A stretch of DNA of 45,189 bases from a virus: positions 1 through 45,189 of the IMG/VR virus record IMGVR_UViG_3300045988_017593. One strand, written 5' to 3'. Of this stretch, positions 33,687-42,946 are shown one piece after another. The position numbers were made by a program, and so were the translations under genes. Position 1 is the first letter of the stretch. Each line of letters opens with the position of its first letter. The notes beneath the pieces are model-generated. The model made no database searches and was not told where the DNA came from. It worked only from the letters and a program-made list of their open reading frames with translations.

Positions 33687-33837
33687 AAGGCACCCAGAGC
33701 CCGTGTTATCCTATACAATGCAAAAGACCGCCGGACGGAGGCCCTGCGCAGGGGAGACGACCGAAAGGCGGCCACATTAAAACCAGAGACAGACCCAAGC
33801 CGTCGAGCTACATCAAGCCCGGCGGCTTTTCTTATGC

Positions 33838-33924
33838 GCAGGCGTGGTGGAATAGGCAGACACGCGAGCCTCAGAAGCTCGTGACCCCGACGTCGTGGGA
33901 GTTCAAGTCTCCCCGCCTGCACCA
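33838..33924 (+). tRNA. tRNA-Leu (anticodon CAG), type II with a long variable arm and encoded CCA
   Basis: Folded by hand. Acceptor GCAGGCG/CGCCTGC. Anticodon stem CGAGC/GCTCG with loop CT-CAG-AA (anticodon at 33872-33874). T arm GGGAG-TTCAAGT-CTCCC. Discriminator A plus CCA. Confidence 0.8.
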
Positions 33925-33935
33925 GTAAACCAAGA

Positions 33936-33966
33936 CCGCCAAAGGCCCGGCCCTCTGGCGGCTTTT
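33936..33966 (+). terminator. Hairpin plus short T-run after the tRNA
   Basis: CCGCCA-A-AGG...CCT-C-TGGCGG followed by CTTTT. Confidence 0.45.
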
Positions 33967-33993
33967 CCATATCCAGAGAAAGGAGGCGAGATC

Positions 33994-34653
33994 GTGCCCC
34001 GCAGCACCATCACCACGCAGGTCGAAAACTTCCAGCAGCTCCTCACGGACATCAAGGCCATCGAGGACAGCGGGAAGAAGGCCATCAGCAACACCCTGAA
34101 GGACGTCAAGGCCAGAGCCCCGGGCTGGATCGCCAGCGAGGTCGTGCAGGTCTACAACATTAAGAAAGGCGAGATCACCCCCTCCAGCGGCAAGGGAGCC
34201 AAGCCGAAGAAGATGGCCGGCACTTTGAGGATCACCGGCGAGACCTTCGAGGAGCTGGCTTTCACCTATGAGGGCAGGCTGCTCACTCCTGTCCACTTCG
34301 GCATGACGCCAAAGGCTCCACCCAAGGGCAAGAGCTACACGCTGAAGATGCAGGTCATCAAGGGCAAGAAGCAGGTCATCGGCCGATATAAGAATACCCG
34401 TACCCCGGGCGGCCCCTTCTCGCAGCGCTCTCACAATATTCTGATGGGCACCGGCAACGCCAAAGCAGACGGCACCAACTGGATCCCATTCCAGCGAATG
34501 AGCCCCACCCGCACCAACATCGAGAAATTCACCACCATCTCAGTCCCTCAAATGGTGACGAGTGAGCGCACACACGAGGCCATCATGACCAAGCTCACCG
34601 AGGAGACGTCCAAGCGCCTCGACCACCACCTCAGTCGAGCCCTCGGCAAGTGA
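33994..34653 (+). CDS. Hypothetical virion-associated protein (weak resemblance to lambda gpZ-type tail completion proteins)
   Basis: GTG follows GAAAGGAGGCGAGATC. 219 aa. Overall layout and the C-terminal helical end resemble gpZ. Low certainty. Confidence 0.4.
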   Translation: MPRSTITTQVENFQQLLTDIKAIEDSGKKAISNTLKDVKARAPGWIASEVVQVYNIKKGEITPSSGKGAKPKKMAGTLRITGETFEELAFTYEGRLLTPVHFGMTPKAPPKGKSYTLKMQVIKGKKQVIGRYKNTRTPGGPFSQRSHNILMGTGNAKADGTNWIPFQRMSPTRTNIEKFTTISVPQMVTSERTHEAIMTKLTEETSKRLDHHLSRALGK

Positions 34654-34910
34654 CCGCACCAGAGCCACGAGGACACCCCTCAGACGGCCCGGGCCGTCCA
34701 CCCGAGCGCCAACACCAGCCGGGCAGAAAACGCGCCGCAGACGCGACGACAGCCGCTCCACGGGGCCACTGCGCCGCCGAAGGTACTGTGGCGCACCCCT
34801 AACGCCTGCGGTGCTGGCGAGCCCAAAAAACGCACAGACTCAGAGAAAAATTTTCGGGCCGTTTCGTTTCGCCAACGGCCACCGGCAGCACTTCAGAAAG
34901 GAGGGAGGCC
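34654..34910. promoter_or_regulatory. Non-coding region upstream of the small terminase gene; candidate cos / terminase-binding region
   Basis: 257 nt with no credible ORF. 16-bp perfect palindrome GACGGCCCGGGCCGTC at 34683-34698. Hairpin GGCCGTT...AACGGCC near 34857-34880. Confidence 0.4.
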
Positions 34911-35492
34911 ATGCCGAACAACAACAGCACCCCCGGCGCCAAGCTCGTCGACAGCAAGACCATCGCAGCCCTGTTCGGCGTCACTACCCGCCGAGTGCAG
35001 CAGCTCACGCAGGAGGGCATCATCAGCGCCACGAAGCAGGGCAACGCCAACCGCTACGACCTGCTCGCGACGATCCAGAAGTACATCAGATACCTGACCG
35101 AGAAGGCCAACGGCCGGGAGCCCACAAAGAAGGACGCCGAGACCGAAGGCCGCAAGCTGGAGGCCGAGGCAGATCTGAAGCGAAGCAAAGCTGACATGGC
35201 AGCCCTCCAGCTCAAGGAGCTCGAGGGGAAAATGCACCGCAGCGAGGACGTCGAGGCGGTCATGACCGACCTCGTCTACACGATCCGCTCGATGCTGATG
35301 GCCCTGCCGGGCCGTCTGGCCGTCGACGTAGTGGCCGTCAAGACTCCAGCAGAAGCGTCCGAGGTCATCCGCGCCGAGGTCTACAAAGTCCTCGAGGAGC
35401 TGGCTGCCTATAAATACGATCCCGAAGAATATGCGCGGCGGGTAAGGGATCGGGAAGGCTGGAGCGAGATCTCCGATGGCGAGGACGACTAA
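34911..35492 (+). CDS. Terminase small subunit (Nu1-like, N-terminal HTH)
   Basis: KTIAALFGVTTRRVQQLTQEGII...GNANRYDL, then a coiled coil. Overlaps the large-subunit start. Confidence 0.75.
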   Translation: MPNNNSTPGAKLVDSKTIAALFGVTTRRVQQLTQEGIISATKQGNANRYDLLATIQKYIRYLTEKANGREPTKKDAETEGRKLEAEADLKRSKADMAALQLKELEGKMHRSEDVEAVMTDLVYTIRSMLMALPGRLAVDVVAVKTPAEASEVIRAEVYKVLEELAAYKYDPEEYARRVRDREGWSEISDGEDD

Positions 35493-37401
35493 GGCAGCCG
35501 CCGCCAAGATCAATGCAGCGATCTCGGGAGCCCTGAAAAACTTCAGGCCGCCCGAGAGCCTGACCGTGGACGAGTGGGCCGACAGACACCGCCGCCTCTC
35601 GCCTGAAAGCTCGGCCGAGGCTGGCCCGTGGCGTACCAAGCGCACCCCATACCTCGAGGAGCCGATGAAAGCCTTCACGGATCCGAAGGTGCGCAAGATC
35701 GTCATGGTCGCAGCATCGCAGGTCGGCAAGTCTGAGCTCGAGCTCAACATCATCGGCTACATCATCGACCAAGACCCGGGCAGCATCCTCTACGTCCACC
35801 CGACCATCGAGGACGCCAGAAAGTTCAGCCGCCTGCGCGTCGCTCCGATGATCCGCGACAGCAAACGCCTGAAGGCTAAAGTCCACGACGTCAAGGCGAA
35901 GGACAGCGGCAACACGATCCTCCAGAAATCCTTCCCCGGCGGTATGCTGACCCTGACGGGCTCCAACAGCGCCTCCGCGCTTGCATCTACACCGGCCCGC
36001 TACATCATAGGCGACGAGCGTGACCGATGGGCCACGAGCGCCGGTACCGAGGGCGACCCGTGGGCGCTGGCCGAGGCCAGACAGGCTACCTACTACAACG
36101 CCAAAGCGGTCGAGGTCTCCACCCCGACCATCAAAGGCAACAGCAACATCGAGACCAGCTTCTACTCCGGCACCCAAGAGCGCTGGTGCCATCTCTGCCC
36201 TGAGTGCGGCGAGTATCACGAGATCGACTTCGACAACATCCGCTTCGAGCCGGAGGTGACGAGGATCCGCGGGAAAAAGTCGTGGAAGCTCAAGGGCGAA
36301 GTCTCGTGGATCTGCCCGGGCTGCGGCTGCGTGATCTCTGAGGAGACAATGCGCCGGCAGCCTGCCGAGTGGATCGCGGACAACCCTGACGCCTACGCCA
36401 AAGGCGTGAGATCCTTCTGGCTCAACGCCTTCTCGAGCCCGTGGACGCCGTGGAGCAAGATCGTCCTCAAGTTCCTCGAGGCCAAGGATGACCCGCAGCG
36501 CCTCAAGGTAGTCTACAACACGCTGCTCGGCAAGCTGTGGGAGGATCGCGGCGACCTCGCCGACGAGGACACCATGCTCGCCCGGCGCGAGGACTACGGC
36601 ACACGCCAAGATGGCGCCCCTGTGGAGCTGCCCGATGGCGTGCTGGTGCTCACCTGCGGCGTCGACACGCAGGACAACCGCCTCGAGTACGAGGTAGTCG
36701 GTCACGGCCACTATGGTGAGACGTGGGGCATAGTCAAGGGCGTCATCATGGGCCGACCAGACACCCCGGAGGTCTGGCAACGGCTCGACGACGTCGTCGA
36801 TCACGTTTACACCTTCAAGAGCGGCCGCGGGCTGAAGATCTCCATCACCTGCGTCGACTCCGGCGGCCACTTCACGCAAGAGGTCTATGAAGCCTGCCGA
36901 GCCCGCCAAGGCAAGCGAGTGTTTGCTATCAAGGGCAAGGGCGGCGACGGGATCCCATACGTCAGCCCGCCCACAAGGGTCGCGATCCGCGACAATAAGA
37001 AGATCACCTGCTGGCTCTACACCATCGGCGTCGACGCCGGCAAGGCTGCCATCATGAGCAACATCAAAGTGCAGGAGCCCGGGCCGCGCTATTGCCATTT
37101 CAACCGGCACCCGGACGCCGGCTATGATCTCAACTTCTTCAACGGTCTGCTCTCCGAGAAGCTGGAGCTCACGCGCACCAAGCGCGGCGACCAGTGGGCG
37201 TGGGTCAAGCTGCCGGGGCACGCTCGCAACGAGCCCCTCGACTGCCGCGACTACGCGATGGCCGGCCTGAAGATCATCAACCCCGACATGGACGCGGTCG
37301 AGCGCCGGCTGAAAGGGCTCGCAGAGCCAGAGCCGCAGCGGCCGCAGCCAAGACAGCGCACAAAACGCAGCAAGGCGTCCAGCGCCTTCGACGACTGGTA
37401 A
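35476..37401 (+). CDS. Terminase large subunit (lambda gpA family)
   Basis: WADRHRRLS...GPWRTKRTPYLEEPMKAF...VMVAASQVGKSE (Walker A-like), a zinc-ribbon CPECG...CPGCG, and 641 aa. Confidence 0.85.
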   Translation: MARTTKAAAAKINAAISGALKNFRPPESLTVDEWADRHRRLSPESSAEAGPWRTKRTPYLEEPMKAFTDPKVRKIVMVAASQVGKSELELNIIGYIIDQDPGSILYVHPTIEDARKFSRLRVAPMIRDSKRLKAKVHDVKAKDSGNTILQKSFPGGMLTLTGSNSASALASTPARYIIGDERDRWATSAGTEGDPWALAEARQATYYNAKAVEVSTPTIKGNSNIETSFYSGTQERWCHLCPECGEYHEIDFDNIRFEPEVTRIRGKKSWKLKGEVSWICPGCGCVISEETMRRQPAEWIADNPDAYAKGVRSFWLNAFSSPWTPWSKIVLKFLEAKDDPQRLKVVYNTLLGKLWEDRGDLADEDTMLARREDYGTRQDGAPVELPDGVLVLTCGVDTQDNRLEYEVVGHGHYGETWGIVKGVIMGRPDTPEVWQRLDDVVDHVYTFKSGRGLKISITCVDSGGHFTQEVYEACRARQGKRVFAIKGKGGDGIPYVSPPTRVAIRDNKKITCWLYTIGVDAGKAAIMSNIKVQEPGPRYCHFNRHPDAGYDLNFFNGLLSEKLELTRTKRGDQWAWVKLPGHARNEPLDCRDYAMAGLKIINPDMDAVERRLKGLAEPEPQRPQPRQRTKRSKASSAFDDW

Positions 37402-37413
37402 GGAGGACACAGC

Positions 37414-37677
37414 ATGAAAACACGCAAGACCATCGAGATCGAGCTCACCGCAAAGCGGGAGCGCCTCGCACTCTATATCAAGCGGGAGGCCGAGATGCTG
37501 GACGGAGGCGTCCAGAGCTACGGCATCGGATCCCGCAATCTGGCACGGTACAACACAGACCTCAGCACGATCCGGGCCGCCATCAAAGAGCTCGAGGACG
37601 AGATCGCAGCACTCGAGGGAGCGCTGAATGGACAGCGGCCCCGCAAGGCGATCGGCGTCGTCCCTCGGGACTGGTAA
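37414..37677 (+). CDS. Head-tail joining protein gpW-like
   Basis: 87 aa between terminase and portal, as in lambda. YGIGSRNLARYN...L..I motif. Confidence 0.6.
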   Translation: MKTRKTIEIELTAKRERLALYIKREAEMLDGGVQSYGIGSRNLARYNTDLSTIRAAIKELEDEIAALEGALNGQRPRKAIGVVPRDW

Positions 37678-37686
37678 ACACGGAAA

Positions 37687-37707
37687 GAAGCCCTTCGGGG
37701 CTTTTTT
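37687..37707 (+). terminator. Intra-operon terminator-like hairpin
   Basis: AAGCCC-TTCG-GGGCTT followed by TTTT. Confidence 0.55.
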
Positions 37708-37775
37708 CATAGGCAGAGCTACCGGGAGTTTTCGCTCCTTTACTCTCGGCAGCCCTGTCATCTCTCTGAAAGGAG

Positions 37776-39443
37776 GTGAGCACCATCAGCAAAAAGAAAA
37801 AGAGAAGCCGCCCCCAAGGTGGACAGCCGCCTCGTGATCTGAGTGGCCGCCCCCCTCGCCTTGTGAATAAGGGCTATGGCGACGCCGGCGCGAGCTGGCA
37901 CAAGAAATCGACCAAAGGCTTCAACGCCATGAGCGGCAGCCCGAAGGAGGACATCGACGCCCACAACGGGACGCTGCGCCAGAGGGCGAGGATGCTCTAC
38001 ATGGCCGCGCCCATCGCCACGTCGGCCATCAAGACCAACCGCACCAACGTCATCGGCGTCGGCCTGAAGCTCCAGAGCCGCATCGACCGCGTGACGCTCG
38101 GCATGGATCAGGCTGCGGCTGACGAGTGGCAGGCCAAGACAGAGCGGGAGTTCTCCATGTGGGCCAGCCGGAAGGCTGCCTGCGACGCCACCGGCGTCAA
38201 CAACTTCTACTCTATGCAGCAGCTCGCGCTCGCTTCGTGGCTGGTGAGCGGCGATGTGTTCGCAGTCGTCAAGCAGTACGACCCGACCGACCTCATGCCG
38301 TACTCTCTGCGCATCCATCTCGTCGAAGCCGACCGCGTGGCAACGCCGACAGACTCCGGCGTCATCACCCCGCTGCTGACGACAACCGGCAAGGCTGCCA
38401 ACGGCAACACCATCTACGACGGCGTCGAAGTGAATGGCAGCGGCATGATCGAGGCATACCACATCCGCAGCACCTACCCCCTCGAGCTCGGCACAGCGTC
38501 GACCAAGTGGGCCCGGGTGAAAGCATACGGAGACCGCACCGGCCTTCCGAACATCCTGCACATCATGGACAGCGAGCGCCCGGATCAGTACCGCGGCGTC
38601 AGCTATCTGGCGCAGGCCATCGAGCCGCTGCTTCAGCTCAGACGCTACACCGAGAGCGAGCTGACTGCTGCCATCGTCGAGTCGTTCTTCACCGCCTTCA
38701 TCAAAACCGAAGCCGGCTCGAGCGACAACCCATTCAACGAGGTGGGGAGCTCGCTGCCGGAGGTCAGCCGCGATCCCAATGAGTACGAAATGGGCCCCGG
38801 CCAGATCAACATCATGGAGCCCGGCGAGGACGTAACCTTCGCGGATCCCAAGCGTCCAGCCAGCGGCTTCAACGCCTTCCTGCGTGCGATCTGCGAGCAG
38901 GTGGGCGCAGCCCTCGAGATCCCGGCCGACCTGCTGCTGAAAGCCTTCAACAGCTCGTACAGCGCGAGCCGCGCAGCGATGCTGGAGGCGTGGAAAGCCT
39001 TCAAAATGCGCCGCGAGTGGTTTGTCAACGACTTCTGCGCTCCGATCTATGAGATCTGGATGGCCGAGGCCGTAGCGCGCGGCCGCATCATCGCCCCGGG
39101 CTTTTTCAGCGACCCCGCGATCCGCGCCGCATACCTCGGCGCCGAATGGATCGGCCCGTCTCAGGGACAGCTCGATCCGACAAAGGAGATCACGGCCGAG
39201 ATCCTCGCGATCGGCGAAGGCATCACGACCAGAGAACAGGCGACCATCAGGCTCAACGGCGGCCAGTGGGACGCCAACGTCGAGCAGATCGCCCGAGAAA
39301 ACGAAAAACTCAGGGAGGCGCAGGGCCAGACGGGCGACGGCACTGCCTCCGGCACGACCCTCTCGGCAGAGATCCGCGCCGCGGTCATCGCTGAGGCGGT
39401 CAGATCTATCACCAAGGAAGGAGAACAACATGAGACCAAATAG
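37776..39443 (+). CDS. Portal protein (lambda gpB family)
   Basis: 555 aa. N-terminal KGYGDAGASWHKKSTKGF motif typical of lambda-family portals. The start codon is uncertain because GTG overlaps the AGGAGG. Confidence 0.8.
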   Translation: MSTISKKKKRSRPQGGQPPRDLSGRPPRLVNKGYGDAGASWHKKSTKGFNAMSGSPKEDIDAHNGTLRQRARMLYMAAPIATSAIKTNRTNVIGVGLKLQSRIDRVTLGMDQAAADEWQAKTEREFSMWASRKAACDATGVNNFYSMQQLALASWLVSGDVFAVVKQYDPTDLMPYSLRIHLVEADRVATPTDSGVITPLLTTTGKAANGNTIYDGVEVNGSGMIEAYHIRSTYPLELGTASTKWARVKAYGDRTGLPNILHIMDSERPDQYRGVSYLAQAIEPLLQLRRYTESELTAAIVESFFTAFIKTEAGSSDNPFNEVGSSLPEVSRDPNEYEMGPGQINIMEPGEDVTFADPKRPASGFNAFLRAICEQVGAALEIPADLLLKAFNSSYSASRAAMLEAWKAFKMRREWFVNDFCAPIYEIWMAEAVARGRIIAPGFFSDPAIRAAYLGAEWIGPSQGQLDPTKEITAEILAIGEGITTREQATIRLNGGQWDANVEQIARENEKLREAQGQTGDGTASGTTLSAEIRAAVIAEAVRSITKEGEQHETK

Positions 39444-40659
39444 CACACCCCGGCTCTATGCCGGGCCTGCTCCCGCCTCTCCTGCCGGAGCCAAGGTCAC
39501 GAAGTTCTGGAACATCGCCAGCACCGGCGACGACACCGGCGAGATCGTGCTCTATGGCGACGTCATGAGCCGCCAGCCTACTGACTGGTGGACGGGCGAG
39601 CCTGTGGCCGGTCTGTTCATCACCCCCGAGGGCTTCCTCGAGGATCTGGAAGCGGTCAAGGGCAAGAGCAACATCACCATCAAGATCAATAGCTGCGGCG
39701 GCGACCTCTACACCGGCATCGCGATCCACAACGCGATCAAGGGCCTCGAAGGCACCAAGACCGTCATCGTGGAGGGCATCGCGGCATCGGCCGCCAGCGT
39801 CATCATGTGCGCCGGCGACGACGTGCAGGTCTACCCCGGCAGCATGGTCATGATCCACGGCGTCAGCGGTATGCTGTACGACTACTACACCCTCGCAGAC
39901 CTGAAGAAGCTCCAGAAGGACTTCGACGCCAGCGAGAGAGCCATCGCTGAGATCTACCACGCCAAAACCGGCATCGCGGTCGAGCAGCTCCGCAGCATGA
40001 TGACCCGCGAGACGTGGATGGTGGGTCAGGAGGCCGTCGACAACGGCTTCGCCAACACCCTGCTCGAGGATGACGGCCCTGCCGCCACCGTGAGCGCAGA
40101 CAAGAAGGTGCTCCTCGTCGCAGGCATCCGTCACGACGTCGGCGCCTTCAGAAACATCCCCGGGGCGATCCCGGTCAACAACAGCATCCACGCCGCCTCC
40201 GCGGCTGGAAATAAAAAGGGCCAGCCCAAAGCGGCGGCCACAAAGAAGGAGGAAAACAAAACCATGACCCTCGAAGAAATGAGAGCGCAGCATCCCGACC
40301 TCGTGGCTCAGATCGAGCAGCAGGCCGCCGAGACTGCCAGAACGGAGGCGATCGCAGCAGAACGCGCCCGCCTTCAGGCCATCGAGAGCATCGAGGCCAG
40401 CGTGGGCGACGCTCAGCTCGTCCACGACGCCAAGTATGGCGAAACTCCCTGCACTGCCGAGCAGCTCGCGCTGAAGGCCATGCAGAAGCAGGCCGCACTC
40501 GGCACCAAGCATCTCGCAGACGTCAAGGCTGACGCCAAGGACTCTGGCGCTGCCGGCGTGGGCGCTGCCCCTAACGGCGGCGAAGAAGGCAGCGAGAGCG
40601 ACGACAAGGCCAAGGTGGACGCTATCGTCAACGCATACAAGGCCACCAAAACCAACTAA
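39430..40659 (+). CDS. ClpP/S49-type prohead protease fused to a scaffold-like C-terminal region (gpC-like)
   Basis: INSCGGDLYTGIAIHNAI...IAASAASVIMCAGD...MVMIHG, then an Ala/Glu/Gln-rich coiled coil. Confidence 0.8.
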   Translation: MRPNSTPRLYAGPAPASPAGAKVTKFWNIASTGDDTGEIVLYGDVMSRQPTDWWTGEPVAGLFITPEGFLEDLEAVKGKSNITIKINSCGGDLYTGIAIHNAIKGLEGTKTVIVEGIAASAASVIMCAGDDVQVYPGSMVMIHGVSGMLYDYYTLADLKKLQKDFDASERAIAEIYHAKTGIAVEQLRSMMTRETWMVGQEAVDNGFANTLLEDDGPAATVSADKKVLLVAGIRHDVGAFRNIPGAIPVNNSIHAASAAGNKKGQPKAAATKKEENKTMTLEEMRAQHPDLVAQIEQQAAETARTEAIAAERARLQAIESIEASVGDAQLVHDAKYGETPCTAEQLALKAMQKQAALGTKHLADVKADAKDSGAAGVGAAPNGGEEGSESDDKAKVDAIVNAYKATKTN

Positions 40660-40673
40660 GGAGGTAAACACAC

Positions 40674-41042
40674 ATGAGCAAGAGACTCAACGAGAACATC
40701 GGGGCCGTGGAATATGACGGCCTGATCGCTTCCAATGTGCCCGTCGCTGACGTCGTCACCGTGAAGCTGGCTGCCGGCACCGGCATCCTGAAGCGCGGCA
40801 CCGTCATCACCGGCACCGCCGGCGAAGCGCTGGCCCCTGTGGCCGCCGCTCTGGCATCCGGCAAGACCACTTTCATCCTGTGCGATGACACCGACATCAC
40901 TGCGGAGACTACCGCCACCGCGTACCGCTGCGGCCACTTCGCACGCAACAAGCTGCTGACCGGCGGCTACACTCTGACCGACGCCGACGAGGAGATCCTG
41001 CGCAACGCTGGCATCCTGCTCTCCGACGCAGTCGAATACTAA
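40674..41042 (+). CDS. Head decoration protein (gpD-like)
   Basis: 122 aa between the protease and the major capsid gene. Ends AYRCGHFARNKL. Confidence 0.65.
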   Translation: MSKRLNENIGAVEYDGLIASNVPVADVVTVKLAAGTGILKRGTVITGTAGEALAPVAAALASGKTTFILCDDTDITAETTATAYRCGHFARNKLLTGGYTLTDADEEILRNAGILLSDAVEY

Positions 41043-41060
41043 GAGAAGGAGGACAAAATA

Positions 41061-42131
41061 ATGCCTTTCAACTTTTTTGACACCCACACGCTGCTGATGG
41101 CAGTGCAGCAGCTCACCCCTCCCACCACTTTCCTGCGCGATCGTTATTTTCCTACCAACGACGCGACCGACATCTTCCTCAGTGAGGATGTGCTGGTGGA
41201 ATACCGTGACGGCAGCAAGAAGCTGGCACCCTTCGTCGCTCCTCGCAAGGGCGGCGTTTCCGTACTGCGCAAGGGCTACCACATGGAGCGCTTCACTCCT
41301 CCTTTCGTGGCTCCCAAGCGTATGCTCACCATCGACGACCTGAAGAAGCGCGGCTTCGCCGAGGCTCTGTACTCTCAGCTCACTCCTGAGCAGCGTCAGC
41401 AGACCCTCACCCTGAAGGACGCCGACGAGCTGGGCGAAATGATCACCAGACGTGAGGAGGCCATGGCCGCAGAGACCATGCTGACCAACGGCTGCATTAT
41501 GAAGCACATCGCCGACGACATCGAAGAAGGTGACGAGAACGACATCCGCTTCTATGAGGGCGAGACCAACCCCGCCATCTATACTCCTACTACTGCGTGG
41601 GACGAAGCGGACGCCAACATCCTCGCCGATCTCGGCGCGATGATCCGTATGCTGACCAGCAAGGGCCTCCGCGCCTCCGAGCTGGTATGCTCTCCTGACG
41701 TCGCCGACGCGATCATCAACAACGCCGCCATCAAGGAGATGCTCGACAACCGCCGCTTCAACATCGGCGAAGTCGCTCCCCTGATGCTGCCTGCCGGCGC
41801 GGCTGAGATGGCTCGCCTGAACGTCGGCGGCCGTGTCATCAGCGTGATCTCCTACGACGAGACCTACACCGACGACGATGGCAGCGACAAGCTCTACATC
41901 CCTTCTGGCAAGTGCGTCCTGACTGCTCCCGCTGCCGGCCGCACCCTGTACGGCGCAGTATCTCAGGTTGAGCAGGCTGACGGCGACGTCCACACCTATG
42001 CAGGCCGCCGCGTGCCTAAGTATGTGTCCAGCGCTGAGGGCAACACTCGCAGCCTGACGATCTCCAGCCGCCCCCTGCTGATCCCCAACAACAAAAACGC
42101 ATTTATCGCCGCGGACGTCCTGACGGTCTAA
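41061..42131 (+). CDS. Major capsid protein (lambda gpE family)
   Basis: Starts MPFNFFDTHTLLMAVQQLTPPTTFLRDRYFP, as gpE-like capsid proteins do. 356 aa. Confidence 0.85.
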   Translation: MPFNFFDTHTLLMAVQQLTPPTTFLRDRYFPTNDATDIFLSEDVLVEYRDGSKKLAPFVAPRKGGVSVLRKGYHMERFTPPFVAPKRMLTIDDLKKRGFAEALYSQLTPEQRQQTLTLKDADELGEMITRREEAMAAETMLTNGCIMKHIADDIEEGDENDIRFYEGETNPAIYTPTTAWDEADANILADLGAMIRMLTSKGLRASELVCSPDVADAIINNAAIKEMLDNRRFNIGEVAPLMLPAGAAEMARLNVGGRVISVISYDETYTDDDGSDKLYIPSGKCVLTAPAAGRTLYGAVSQVEQADGDVHTYAGRRVPKYVSSAEGNTRSLTISSRPLLIPNNKNAFIAADVLTV

Positions 42132-42153
42132 GCGCGGCAGAAAGGAGCACAGC

Positions 42154-42612
42154 ATGATCCAGATCATCGCGGGCACCTTCGGCTACTATAACGGCCGCAA
42201 GGTGATCCCCATCACCGAAGCTGACGGCCCTCAGAAACTCGACCCCGAGCTGGAGGCCCGTCTGGTCAAGAAGGGCGTCGCCAAGTTCGTCGACCCCGAC
42301 ACCGTCGAAGATCCTGAGAGCACCGACCCGGCCGGCGCACCTGCGCCGCAGGATCCCGACAACCCTGACAGCGCTGCCGCGGGAGATCCCGAGACTCCTG
42401 ACGGCGAGGATCCCGAAGATCCTGCCGATGCTGCTGAGTACAGCGAGGACATGAAGCTCGACGAGCTGAAAGAGATCGCCGCCTCCTACGGCGTCGACAC
42501 TTCTGCTATGCGCAAGAAGGCCGACGTCATCGCTGCCATCGAGGCCGCGAAGAAGGCGGCTGGCGCTGATGACGAGGAGCCCCCTCAGATCGGCGCCGCG
42601 GATCCCGTTTAA
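42154..42612 (+). CDS. Hypothetical head-module protein with acidic/Pro linker and C-terminal SAP/Rho-N-like motif
   Basis: MKLDELKEIAASYGVDTSAMRKKADVIAAIEAA. Confidence 0.5.
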   Translation: MIQIIAGTFGYYNGRKVIPITEADGPQKLDPELEARLVKKGVAKFVDPDTVEDPESTDPAGAPAPQDPDNPDSAAAGDPETPDGEDPEDPADAAEYSEDMKLDELKEIAASYGVDTSAMRKKADVIAAIEAAKKAAGADDEEPPQIGAADPV

Positions 42613-42935
42613 TGGGCTTCAGCTTCAAGGAGATGGTTGCCAAAGACGTGCGCAGCACCTTCCTCAACCTCGAGGAGTTCGGTGAGGAGCACAGAGTCGA
42701 AGGTAAGACCATCACGGCAGTCATCGACGAGAACGCCCTGAAGGAGCGCCAAGGGGGGCAAGAGCTGAGCGTCGCAGAGTCCTCACTGCTGCTCTATGCA
42801 GCAGTCGAGGATCTGCCTGCTCGGCGCCCGGCGGGTGAAGGGCTCAACGTCGACGGCCGCGAGTATATCGTCAACGACTGGAGCGAGGACATGGGGATCG
42901 CAACCGTGGCTCTCGGCCAGACTGTGACCATGTAG
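42612..42935 (+). CDS. Head-tail connector/adaptor protein
   Basis: 107 aa. Position and translational coupling (TAATG). Confidence 0.5.
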   Translation: MGFSFKEMVAKDVRSTFLNLEEFGEEHRVEGKTITAVIDENALKERQGGQELSVAESSLLLYAAVEDLPARRPAGEGLNVDGREYIVNDWSEDMGIATVALGQTVTM

Positions 42936-42946
42936 GAGGTGCTATT

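Noticed and set aside
33687-33837. A second tRNA or other recognisable small RNA upstream of tRNA-Leu.
   Set aside because: I could not fold a cloverleaf: there is no T-loop GTTCRANYC-like motif and no matching acceptor stem. Only generic GC hairpins are present.
35365-37761. A 798-aa minus-strand ORF. Similar long antisense ORFs occur at 10330-12147, 37758-39446, 40656-42176, 23257-24756, 43589-44836, 4376-5374, 5805-7064 and 7523-8752.
   Set aside because: They lie antisense to recognisable + strand genes (terminase, DGR target, portal, capsid, Erf, sheath, baseplate). They are Arg/Ala/Gly/Asp/Leu-rich low-complexity translations typical of stop-poor frames in high-GC DNA, and they lack SD sites.
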